A stretch of 64,000 bases of DNA from Polymyxa betae A26-41. Lineage: Eukaryota > Protista > Endomyxa: Phytomyxea. Under the pieces are notes generated by a model. That model had not been told where the DNA came from. It saw nothing but the letters and a program-made list of their open reading frames with translations, and made no database searches. Shown here piece by piece: positions 25,401-37,058 of the stretch. Within the stretch, counting starts at the first letter, position 1. Each line of letters opens with the position of its first letter. The stretch lies in assembly GCA_003693705.1 (NCBI GenBank), contig RBZT01000312.1, forward strand, positions 1 to 64,000. The letters run 5' to 3'. The position numbers were made by a program, and so were the translations under genes.

Positions 25401-27235
25401 TGTAAACTTAATCGAGCAGTCCGATCTTGACGTTATGTCAGCGTTCGCTGCAATTGACATTAATAAGGATTTAAGACAGTTCATCAAGTCAACTTATCCT
25501 TCAGAAACTGATAATGGCGGATCTGTGGTCGATTATGTCACCGATCTGAGCACTGATGGGTTTGGGCCGGCGTATGACTATGCCTTGTCTGGACTAACTC
25601 AAATGAAACTGGTGCTTTCCTTACTGGAACAGTGGGCCGATTCCTCCGAATACTTCAAGTCTCTGTCTAAGATTAAGATTCAAGCACCAAATACCGAGTT
25701 GCCTTCCATTCAAACTGCTATGATGCAATGCCAGCACTTGTAATTCTTCTTCTTAATTTTCTGACTTCGAATTCATCATGCGATAGGATTTTCGGATTCT
25801 GCCAATCTGTTGACGATCATGCAGCTAGCCATCGCGAAATTATATCAAGTGTGGATAAACAGCGACACATGCTTAAAGCAGAGGCGCGGAAAATTAGGAA
25901 GAAATTTGCAACAGTTCATCGTCGGGTGACATTAGCAACCCAAAACCATAGTCAGGCCGCTGAAACACAAAGAAGATTGACTGAGAAATTACATGTATAC
26001 TTTCCCAAATTCTAATTTAACTTGAAGTTAACTTCTAGCCTAGGTTGTCCGGCAACAAAATGCAAATGCTTCTCAGAGCATCGGCAATGCAGGCAAATTC
26101 AGTCTTTCGAAATTTTTCTCTAGAGACCTTTCAAAGACTCTGCATAAAACCGAGGAAGGCGTATCATCTTCTAAGACAACATCAGACAAGCTCCTACAAG
26201 AGCTGGCGGCGGCTATTGGGGAACGCGAGTCAGTAGTGCAATCTTCTCTTCATAGCTTGCAAGAACTGGAAAACAACCGAATAGCTGCACTTAATTGGTG
26301 CATTCCAACTCTTATCAATCATCGTCAGGAAATTTCGTCGCAAATTGCTGACTTAGCCCAAACGTTAATTACTAGCTGTGATGATATCGATATCAAAGCT
26401 GAACTTCAGGTGTTTATCCGCTCTCATTCTTTAGGAATCCCACCGCCAATGTTTCTGTTCGAGCGAGTTATCGAGTCAGGTCTTGTTATTACTGGTGAGA
26501 GATCAAGATCCAATACGCAAAGCAGAGGTAATTCGAACAGTTATAACAGCGATGATGAAGAAGGTATTAGTCGATCGAATTTTTCGATTGGCGAAGAATC
26601 TACTTCAAGTGATAAGTTATTTGGGGGAAATCTTTCAAACGCTCCTGTTCAGAATGGTGTTGCAAAGATTGTGGCTACCTGCATTGCATTCCTAACTTCA
26701 AGGCAATCTCAATTATCTACCAATACTTTCCGGGAATCGGCGCCTGCAGAGGATGTGAACGCTCTCATTGCTGAGTTTAGAAGGGACTCTAACCTGGTTC
26801 TCGTTACTCAGACAGTGTCATGCGTTGCAACAGTTCTAAAGATCTACATATCCGAATTGCAACCTTCTTTATTACCGTCGACCATGGTTTCAGAATTACT
26901 TTCAATTTACAAGAATGCTTGCACATCTCAGCGTTGCACAAAAGTTGTAGCGTGGTTCATTAAGCTGCCAATTGTTCACCGAAACACCTTCAAGTTAGTA
27001 CTACTTTTTCTTTCGGAAATCTCCCGGTGCCCTACCAGTCAAGCAACCAATGTAAGCTTAGTGTTTCTAAACAATGTTTTTTTGTTCAAGAGTCCTACAG
27101 ATGGCTGTAACTAATTTAGCAATATCATGGTCGCCCGTTCTCCTACGCTCTGCTGTTGGCACCACCATTCAGGCTTTATCCCGGTTATTACACGATGTAC
27201 CAACGATATTCAGTGATCCAAACGAATCCACATAA
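22444..27235 (+). CDS. Large RhoGAP with N-terminal helical (F-BAR-like) regions, multi-exon; start uncertain (22444 or 22688)
   Basis: C-terminal GAP motifs VAKIVATCIAFL...NTFRESA...VATVLKIYISELQPSLLP...LPIVHRNTFKLVLLFL...NLAISWSPVLLR; upstream EESRLQ..IDINKDLRQFI and ENNRIA..IDIKAELQVFI resemble F-BAR ends. Confidence 0.75.
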
Positions 27236-27430
27236 CTTGACTAATTAAACAAATCCAAAATATGCTTCTTTCAGAATTACTGGAATTTTTCAATATTTCT
27301 GGAAAATGGGAAGCAAACTTTTTTATGGTGCAAATGAGTTGATGAAATGGTTTTACATGAGTGCGTGATTACGATTGCGTGGCTCGGTCGTGTGCTGCAA
27401 ATTATTCGCTTCAAAGCAGTACAGTATAAC

Positions 27431-27574
27431 ATGTTTTTTGCTGAAAGACCTCAACCCGATGTCAAGAAGCTCAAGCGTGCACTTGTGAATAAGGCCATCA
27501 CGATCGGAGTATTTGTTGCTGTCGCTCGCTCGCTGCCGTTGCTGATTCGTAAGATTTCCTTTCAGTTTGACTAG
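27431..27574 (+). CDS. TOM6-like mitochondrial outer membrane microprotein (47 aa)
   Basis: MFFAERPQPDVKKLKRALVNKAITIGVFVAVARSLPLLIRKISFQFD: single TM with FVxxxRxxPxL pattern like plant Tom6. Confidence 0.5.
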   Translation: MFFAERPQPDVKKLKRALVNKAITIGVFVAVARSLPLLIRKISFQFD

Positions 27575-27618
27575 ATGGTCGCTACGAGAAAGCATAAAAG
27601 ACAAGATGACTAAATGTA

Positions 27619-28806
27619 TTAAATTACTATGAACATTCCCAGAAAAGCCATCAAGTGGACCATAATTGTACTGTACAGTAGCGAGACACCCGTCGCAGAG
27701 CTTTTTTTCGAACCCTTGCTGGATCCTGTTCCTGTGTCCGAGTCTGTTGACTGCTCGACACCGTTGACACTAACGACATATTGAGTTGGGAGATCTGCAG
27801 TTCCAACTAGAGCGACTTCTTGGACATATACATGTGGAGGATTCGAGGCGCATGAAACACCATAGTTCTCAGCAATCAGAACCTGATCGAATTTGAAAGT
27901 GCTGGAAACGCCGTTAATCGGGATCGTGATGGTCTGGAATGATTTGGTTGCTGTGAGCTGCACTAAACTTGTGAAAACGTCCTTGTCAACACCAACATCG
28001 TGCAGTCTGAGTTGTACAGTGAGATCGACTGCCGACTGCAGAGTTAGTCGGACACCGGTCACCGATTTGATCCAGTACTTCTTAGCAGTGTTGTAGAACG
28101 TCAATCCAATATACTCACAAGGCGTCCAATCAATATTGGTAGCGTCGTATGTGTAGGTTCGTTTGCCCCATGGAAAATCTTGGAATCCACCTTGCAGTTT
28201 GCTGTTGGAGTATGCGAGAACGACGCCCTGACCTGAGTTTGCGGTGACAGTCGTAGTCGTAGACGTCGCTCCCGTTGTTCCAATACTAATAGTGAGCTGC
28301 AGGTTGATGTTTGTGTACCCAGTAATACCAGGGGCAGAAACTTGCTTCGGATCACATTTTTCAACACCGTTCACTAAACTCTGCTTGCTTAGACTGATCG
28401 AGTCGAATTTTGTAGCAGAGGCAATCGTGATTGTGACGGCGTTAGCCGACCCGGTTGTTGGATTGAACATGACATTGTTTGTTGATGCAGCTTGCGTACC
28501 ACCGTTCATCAAAGTCAACCCCATTGGGATGCCTTCAGAAATGATGATTTCGGAGGACGATTGCGCCTGATATGTGTATGACAACGTCATGATGATATTG
28601 TTGTTGACGTCGGCGAGATTACTAGGAACGCTAGAGCCAAACGCAAAGCTGGTTGTATCACAAGGATTAACCTCCAAGCCAGAAACAATAACAGTTCCTG
28701 ATGATGATTTTCCATCAGCAGATTTGGTGAATCCACCTGTCATTGTCGGCTGTGCCATGACGCCGATCACCAGAAGATGCAGGACCGAGAAGATATATCG
28801 GTTCAT
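27619..28806 (-). CDS. Secreted, probably GPI-anchored Ser/Thr-rich surface protein
   Basis: Intronless 395-aa ORF, signal peptide, C-terminal SSA omega-like site plus hydrophobic tail with no cytoplasmic residues. Confidence 0.8.
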   Translation of the reverse strand: MNRYIFSVLHLLVIGVMAQPTMTGGFTKSADGKSSSGTVIVSGLEVNPCDTTSFAFGSSVPSNLADVNNNIIMTLSYTYQAQSSSEIIISEGIPMGLTLMNGGTQAASTNNVMFNPTTGSANAVTITIASATKFDSISLSKQSLVNGVEKCDPKQVSAPGITGYTNINLQLTISIGTTGATSTTTTVTANSGQGVVLAYSNSKLQGGFQDFPWGKRTYTYDATNIDWTPCEYIGLTFYNTAKKYWIKSVTGVRLTLQSAVDLTVQLRLHDVGVDKDVFTSLVQLTATKSFQTITIPINGVSSTFKFDQVLIAENYGVSCASNPPHVYVQEVALVGTADLPTQYVVSVNGVEQSTDSDTGTGSSKGSKKSSATGVSLLYSTIMVHLMAFLGMFIVI

Positions 28807-29163
28807 GATTCGGAACGTCTGTTTCGTTCAGCAAGATGCCAATTGAAAGCAGTTATCAGCCAAGATGTGATCAGGCCGATAGGAGGAGTGATTCAGCAGT
28901 AGTTGGCACGTGCCCTGTTTAGCTCAATTATTTTCAGTAATGGAGTATGATTTAACAATGGAGATTCAGAGACAAAACCTGCAGCCAGGATATTGTCGAT
29001 GTAGCGTGGTCTCGTAACTTGTTATAAACACGTTTTGCACTAATGCCAGGTTGAAGGCATCGCCATCAATATAAAGTAACCCTCTACTGTCAGAAGAGGG
29101 ACCCCCTTCTCGAATATCAATTATACCTTCGTTGACAGCTAGCGAACTGGAAAGTCTAGGCCG

Positions 29164-32100
29164 TTAGTAACTTGTAATATCTATATCTTCTTTATATATG
29201 ATTGATTCTGGTGTTATATGAATCAGCTCCTCTTCTTCATTATTTGGAGGTCGAGCTTTATCAATTGGTCGGTAGCTGTCCGGATCTCTGATCAGCATTC
29301 GAATAATAATTGCAATCAAGGCTATTATAGAGCCTATGACAAGCGCTATTACAGGGTACGGCCATCGGCTGTCTGATGCCTTGAAAAATGTTAATGATAA
29401 GGAGAAAGAAAACGAAATAATACCCAGTGATTGAACAGAGAATTCTGATCTCGTGACGATATACATTGTGTAGAGAAAGAAAGTGTGAAACTTGCAGTCG
29501 TGCAGCAGCCACCCCAAACGCCAATATAATACCTGTATTCTTGAAAAGAGCGTTCAACAGAAAACAAAAGACCCAACCTTCCAACAAGTAAAGACGGAGA
29601 ATGCTGAATTGAGATGGTCACAGGCATAGCCCGCGATTGGTTCGACCATTGCGACTTTCCCAGAAATGGCATTTCATTATGCGATATAAACAATTGAGGG
29701 CGGCCCAGTTCTGTCTTTGAAGAGAGAATAATTTGAACACAACTAATGCTTGGATCGAATCTGAGTTGTGACGCATCGTTATCTTTTAATTCGTCAGAAA
29801 TGTCAAAGTGAAAAAAGATCCACTCCCCAACAGCTACACTTCCGGTTGTGGAATGTTGCAGAGAGCGAATTGCAGAGCTCTTGTAGCGGCAATCAAAACC
29901 TGTCAAGTATCAACTAACATCATCGGATTGTCTCAACATTACCTGAATATCCAGGTTCACACTGACATAACCCATCACGGGTACACGATCCATGATTTGA
30001 GCAAAAATTAGGGCACATACTAGCGGCAAGATTACAATGCGATACGGGACGTGACTGAAATCTGCCTGTCCATCAGAAACTGTCCTTTTGAGTGATAGTT
30101 CGCTAAATGTACCGTCCAGTAGCGACAAGAGCATAAGGTTGAGGTCCATGAGGAATGTTTGTCCCAATGACCAAGATATCGATAAGATCAACTTTATCCA
30201 AATTGATTTCAATCTAAACGGATACATTAACCAATTGTAGATTATGCGTTCATTAGTACCTGCTCAACATTGTTCACAGAGTCCACGAAAGCATGAAGGG
30301 AGGTATTGGTAGTTAGCAAGGCATGGTTACTGTTGCCAATCCAATGAAGTCCACTTTCAATTGATGTTGCAACCAGATCAAGGTTGTTAACCAGAAGGTA
30401 ATCGGAATCCATATCTGCTGGGGGATCTGTCCAAACTGAAATCATGTAAGTCATACTGAGGAATGGTCATAATTATGTACCTAAGGTCGCTTTAAATGAT
30501 TTCTGGGACGATTCGACTTCAAAACAATAGTGATGGTGCTCCGCTGTATGTATTTCTCTGTCCTGGCTCAAGAACAGGTGCAGCTCATCTGTATCATCTT
30601 CCAGTGGCAGAACTTGGTCGAGTTGCATCCGTCCAAAACCTTGTGTAAAGGAAGGTATATTGTCCACAGGTATCACCTCTACGTATCATTCAGCATTATA
30701 ATCAGTAATCAAGGAATAGTACCATTAATTGAGTTCACCCAGCCATGCATCTTAACGCCACTATTAATCGCCATTGCTTTTAGCAATGCAGCCGATGGCG
30801 ACTGAATGGAATCGCCAGGATTCTATCGAAATCCTATCAGATCATACGTAAAAAAACTAAACGTGGTTACCGGTTTCCTAGAAGGGTAATATCCTTCCAC
30901 CAAATATTGACGTATCTGTGCGATATTTCCTGCTGCAATTGGCGTTGACATGGAGGTTCCCTTCATGCTTGAATACTGAGTAGCTATACTTTAGATTTGA
31001 AACCAAAATTCTGACACAGGACTCTGTATCCTACGATCGCACTGGAAACTGTTTAGATTCAGGTCGCTTTTGGCTGACAGAATGTATTCGCCGGGTGCCA
31101 GAATGTCAGGCTTAATTCGTCCATCTGCAGACTTCAGTATACAAAAAAGCCAAGCTAAAGATCTCACCAAATGTTGGACCACGAGAAGAGAAATCGGATA
31201 CGTATCCTAGGCTTCGCTTTTCTTTCAGCGACTCGTCATAAGCTGGCACGAGAATGATTACATTTCCACTAGGTTGGCTTACTAGGCTCAATCCAAGCTC
31301 AGAATCGATTCCGACAATCGGTATTCGTATGCTGTGAGAAAGTGTAGTTCGAATAGGGAACTCATCAATTGGTTCGTTGCCAGATCCAGCTGAAATAAGG
31401 ATCATTGCACTTGCATTAGCGTTTTGAACATTGATGGCCTAGGGCTACAGGTTACTAAGTATAACCAACTGGCAACACTTCAAAACCTGTTGAGCTGTAG
31501 AGCAAACTTGTTTGGCATCTAACACCATAACGAGTTTGTTAGTATAATCGACAGCTAGCGGCGTACAAGCATTAGGAACTGAAGCCAGGATAGCACCTCT
31601 TTCAACAGGCTCTAATTCTGTGATATCGCCACCGATTTTAGCCTGAGCAGAATTTAGAAAAACTTCTATAGTGCATTTCGTTGATGGTACACCTGAATAA
31701 TTCCATGAAACCCAGTCATGCCTTTGATGGTTTGCGGCTCGAGAATTTTCATAAACACATGCGGGACCAAGTGCGCTTCCTTAAAACTCTGTGCGGTGCT
31801 TGTTGCAGATCCAACAGTAAGAGCATTTTTGGCGATTGCTGGAGTTCCTATTCACTGAACATTAACGCGCAATAAGCTCTGTTTTCAAGCAAAATGACCT
31901 ATTGTCGCGCTATTTGTTGAAGAACCCCAGTTACCGGCTCCAAATAGCACAAGAAAATCCTAAACGATCATCACGAGATCATATTTGGAACAGACGGCGA
32001 CTGACTTGATGGTCCCAGACATATTTGTCAACTGCAAGAGCGTATTGGTCGTATGGATGACTTTCAGATTGGCCAAGCGGAGCACCCCACGAATTGCTGC

Positions 32101-33237
32101 TAATCTTGGAATTTGTATCTTTTCTTATAACGTCAAAAAGATCCTTATACAAATCGGCAGGAATACGGATCTATTCAAAGTTTAAGCATCGCATGGCATT
32201 TCAAGATTATCTTCTTTCCCACCGTCCGCTTTGGACCTAAATCGTAAACTGCTAATTTCGCTCCGAAGGCCATCCCGTTTAAAAGACTCATAGTCTGAGT
32301 TAAAGAAGCATCCTGAGACCAAGCTTCTCCCGCTAAAGATCCAGCCTAACAGCGATAAGCGATTATAGAACTCAGATTAGAAGATCTCACCGTGTGTGTT
32401 CCGTGCGATGTGTCTGGTGACAAAGGCGATCCAGGTGGCAATACTCGATAAACAACAATTTTTCGATGGTCTAAATTGACCTGAATTGAGTGCATTTATA
32501 GCTCAGCATGCTAATTTGCTGAATTTGTTACCTTATTGACAGGCACATGATGATTTGGATCATGAAAATAACACATATCGTAGTCGACTCCGGTGTCTGC
32601 AATGGCGACGAGCTGTTATGGAAACATTATCTCAATGGCAACCAAAATTTTAACAACCATACTTGTCCAGAACCGTTTAAGCCGTGCCTGAACATCGGGA
32701 GGTCACGTTTCGAGCCAGCTTGAGTCACATATCTTGAAAATTTATTCAGCGGCTCGAAATTCCTTTGGCGAGCTCCAGCTTGTATCTCGCTTTCGATAGT
32801 TCGCTCCGCCGGAAGGCATATTAGCCGGTGGATAGTACCAGCTTCAATCATGGCAAAGCCGGCTTGTAAAGCGCTAGCTTGATCACATTCTATAACAAAT
32901 GCATTCGGCGCGACATATTGCCCTAATCTACCTATTTTGATCTCAGCTCAAAAGCAGCACATTCACTTTTAGCGTTCTCACAATGCGATAGTATCGATTG
33001 CAACGATTTTTCTATCTGTTCGCGATGGAATGGGGGGAATGTAACTGCTGCAACACGAGGCATAGACGGTCTGCATGGAGGAATCGAAGCCGATCCAGGA
33101 ACCGGAATCTCATCGTACTGATGATAAAGCCTGTGCAAGTTGGGCAACGGCCATGCCACGGGCGTCTCACGAATGCTGTCGACGTATGGAATAGCCGAGA
33201 CAACCAGAACGAAAGCAATCCGAGAGATAAAATACAT
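29164..33237 (-). CDS. Membrane-anchored subtilisin-like protease (S8, KP-43/Tag-like), multi-exon
   Basis: Signal peptide; triad motifs DTGVD, HGTH, MKGTSMSTP; FSSRGPTFDGRIKPDILAPG; QGFGRMQLD; WTDPP...VNNLDL; DSVNNVEQV; C-terminal TM helix. Confidence 0.9.
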
Positions 33238-33586
33238 CTGAGGTGGACCTAGATGACAACCATGAAACAAGTGTAACAGCAATTCAGTCAATCCTGCAAC
33301 TTGGAGCTTTCATTTAATGGAGGGGCTGCTGCCTATTCTGCCTCTGAATTCGTTATTTGCTTTTTGATAGACGCTTCACCGCAATTCTGCTGTAATCTGA
33401 TTACGTCCCGATGGTCCCGGGTCAATATGGTAAGGTTAGCCATAACCAACTATAGAACTGCCCATCAGATGCAGTCCGAAGTATGATCGGATTACTATCT
33501 TTCTTGTTGCAGTTTAATACGAAACAGACTATTTTTTTGCATTAGAACGTTCCTATGGCGGTAGCCTAAAAAATCGTAGTTGTAGT

Positions 33587-35285
33587 ATGATTATAAATTG
33601 GATAACAACAACTGAAAAAATAGCGAGAAGCGTTGTGATAGACTCGGTGTTGTTCTCAATCAGCAACTTTATTTGCGATCCGATGACAGTACATGTTGCT
33701 GTTTATCGACACGTGATTGCAAATATCAAAACAGGGACGCCAGGCTTTATCATTGGCTCTTCAGACCCTGAACTGATTATCGTCGTCAGTACTTTGTCTT
33801 GTTTGGATATTAAGATTGCTGAACAAGCTTGTCCTGCTGGACTATCAGTTATCGGAAGATATGGCGATAATGTAAGTTCTTTACTATCAAAGTAACAAGA
33901 ACAGATGTTTTATAGATCTTAGATCACCGATAGACACGGTCTGTGCTGCTGCCTTCAAGATGGCACCCTATCTTGGACTCTTGAAGGCACTTCGGTCGAG
34001 CCAGTCCCTAAGGATGGCGATCCATTTGAAGAATTTGTAATTTTATTTACCGCTCTTTGTCGGAGCGTTATCTCGAAAATGAGTACTGTTAATCTATGTC
34101 GGGTCTTCGATGGTGTGCTAGAAGTCGATGATGACACTGTTTGTCAAAAACTTTTGCCTAAGAAATCGAACCTTTCCGAATCGGTTTCTCATCCATTCTC
34201 GTTCGCTTCAATTGGTCGCGTTCTACCTGTAGATATTCTTGTGGCAAGCTCGCTTGAATGCACTTCTGCTCCTCAACTGATCTTATCGGATACACGGCCT
34301 GACGATATTGTGGATGTAATTGCTGTTGTAAAGCCTGACCTGAAATTTGCCAGTGCGTTCCAACTTTTGCTTTCAGAAGTGGAAAGGATTGCTGCTTTTC
34401 CTAACCTTTGCAACCATCATTATTATGGGCTGCCTAACGTTCATGCTCCCATCGCTGTTTTGAAAACTACCAATACCGACAGGAATTCTGTCGCTCTGGA
34501 TTTTAAGATCGACTGTAGCAAAGCTCTCCGTTTCGTCTGCCCTTGGACCAAAGGCCAAAGACTTTACAATGTACATAGATTTGTTCGCCCATCTGGTCTT
34601 ACTGATAATATCCAATCTCTGGTCTATGGCTCATATGGATATTACCATTACCTTCAAGATGGATTTAATGATGATGGATGGGGTAATTGTTTCAACAAGA
34701 GCCGCCTTGAGAGCTAACGGCTGCTTAGGTTGTGCTTATCGTTCCTTACAAACACTTTGGTCATGGGCATTATTTCAAGGGTTTACTCAGGAAGTAGTTC
34801 CTGATTTCAGGAAGATTCAGGAGATCATCTGCTCGAGTGACGACAAACCGAAATCTTTCATTGGCTCTAGACAGTGGATCGGAGCTATAGAAGTGGTAAG
34901 AGGTCTTGATATCGCTTAGTGGTTTTTCAGCATAATGATTTAGAACTATGCCTTGTCGTCTGTTGGGATTCTATGTAAAATATTGCCACTAAGCTCTGGA
35001 GCTGAATTTGCAACCAAAGGTCGTGACCTTGCTCAACATTTCGATTTGCATGGTTCCCCGGTGATGATAGGAGGAGGAGTTCTTGCCTACACATTATTAG
35101 GAGTGGACGTAAATGAGTTTACCGGCGACATTCGGTTCCTAATATTGGATCCGCATTACAAAGGAGACGATGATATTGATGTGATTATCAAAAGCGGGTG
35201 GTGTGCATGGAGATCTTCGGACCTGTTCGATCAAACAGCCTTCTACAACCTTTGCATACCTCAGAACCCGAACGTCATCAAGTAA
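33587..35285 (+). CDS. UFSP2: Ufm1-specific protease 2 (peptidase C78), multi-exon
   Basis: YYHYLQDGFNDDGWG|CAYRSLQT, FIGSRQWIG, PVMIGGGVLAYT, FLILDPHY. Confidence 0.94.
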
Positions 35286-35463
35286 GTGTCTCCTATAATA
35301 CATAAAACAGTGTCGTTTCTCGATAGCATAGCTACTGGCTCGTGTAATGTTCTTACCAGATCATCTCGTGATGAGCCATCTAGCAAAAGATGACATGTCT
35401 TCTCGACATCTATTAGGATGTTTTATTTTCCGTTATAGAATAAGAGAGACTCAGCGCTGGCGC

Positions 35464-36482
35464 TCACAGCCTCGTAGTGTCAACAGAACACATCGATGTC
35501 ACTCTTAATTTAGCATCAGCAACAGCAACGACTTCTGGGGCTGGTTGACGGTCCAGGTCCCAAACGGCAATGCTTCCATCAGAAGACGACGACGCCAGCA
35601 ACAGCCGACCTGGAATCTTTATCGCATCCAATGCACTGACTCTGCTCTTATGGTGTGATAACTCGTATCGCTGCAGACCGCTGATGGTATCCCAGACACG
35701 GATGACTCCATCCTGACCGCCGGTTACGGCGACGGCATCCGCCAAGAAGCAAATCGAGACGATTTTAAAATGATTGCTGAAAGTACAGCCCAAGTCTCCA
35801 TTTGAGTCGAATAGGCGAGCCTCTTTGTCACAAGCAATCATGTAATGACTTCCAGATGGTGACCATTTCAGCAGACTTGAATTGGATTTCGCCTTGATTG
35901 TCAAGACCTTTTTCCTTGCTACTAGATCCCACATGCATAAAGATCTATCAGCACCTAGGCTTAGCGCCAGAATTCCAGATGGATGGACAGCGAGGCCTAC
36001 TATCTTTCCTTTATGGGCTTTCAATGTGCCAACATGTGACCAATCTTTCATGAACCAGAGAGCAATGGTGCCATCATCGGCAGCGCTCACCATCAAGTTT
36101 TGCCCAAAGTCAATATGTGTGATGGATGCTGTTTGTCGGTTGAGTGTGGATTGAGAATGGATAAACAAATGTTTACCTTCTTGATGCATTACAGTTCCGA
36201 TTTCGATCATTTTCGAAATGTCGTATAATCTGTTCCAGATCGGTCAACAAGAAGCTAATTTCGTTATCTTTTCAAGCCTAACCGGATGATTTCATCGTCT
36301 CCGCCTGACGCCAAGATCTGGTCTCGACTAGCAACACATCGAACAGGACCTCCATGCGCAGCAGTTGCATATTTTCTGACCATGGTGGCAGGAATAGACT
36401 CCGCACGTTCGTCAAGGTTCAATTCGAAACCCGTAACAGCACGATCATAGCTGCCACAACTGATATGCACGATCTGGCTCAT
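35464..36482 (-). CDS. MAK11: WD40 protein MAK11/PAK1IP1 (60S biogenesis)
   Basis: GSYDRAVTG, AH..PVRCVA, LASGGDDEIIRLYD, HPSGILALSLGADRSLCMWDL. Confidence 0.85.
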
Positions 36483-37058
36483 GATATATATACTCAGATA
36501 TGAAAATCGAAGCGCCAAAAAGACTTTGGATAAAATTCAATTCTGGTTCGGATCGATCACAATCAGGGAATCTGCGTTTGCGCAGACTCTTGGACCAGTA
36601 TAACTGACATTCTTTGTTCTATCAAGTTAATCCTGACAAGTGTGTTTATGTAACAATCCTATCATTCATTACAACCCTACCATAACTGGAATTATTGAAT
36701 ATTGATACAGTTTTGCTTAGCTGCACTCACAATGCTGCACTCTAATACAGATCTGGGTAGCAGATATGAGATGATTCGCGGTAGCAGCCCTCTGCGATGC
36801 GGATTATGGATCTGGTTTTCGATGTCATCTGGGGTAGCACTTCAGCGTAATCCGCCTTGTAGGTAGTCAATCGTCTGATTCGTGTCTACATATGCAACCG
36901 CAGTGCCACGCAATCATGCCACAGTGGTGCATGGCGACCACCCCAGTCGCGTAACGTCATCGACGCGCCATCTCCCATCTGCTATAGCCTACGTATAGTC
37001 GCAGATATAGAGTCCGCCCAAATGCCTTTCGTATTCACTCTTCTATTGGATTCTAAAC

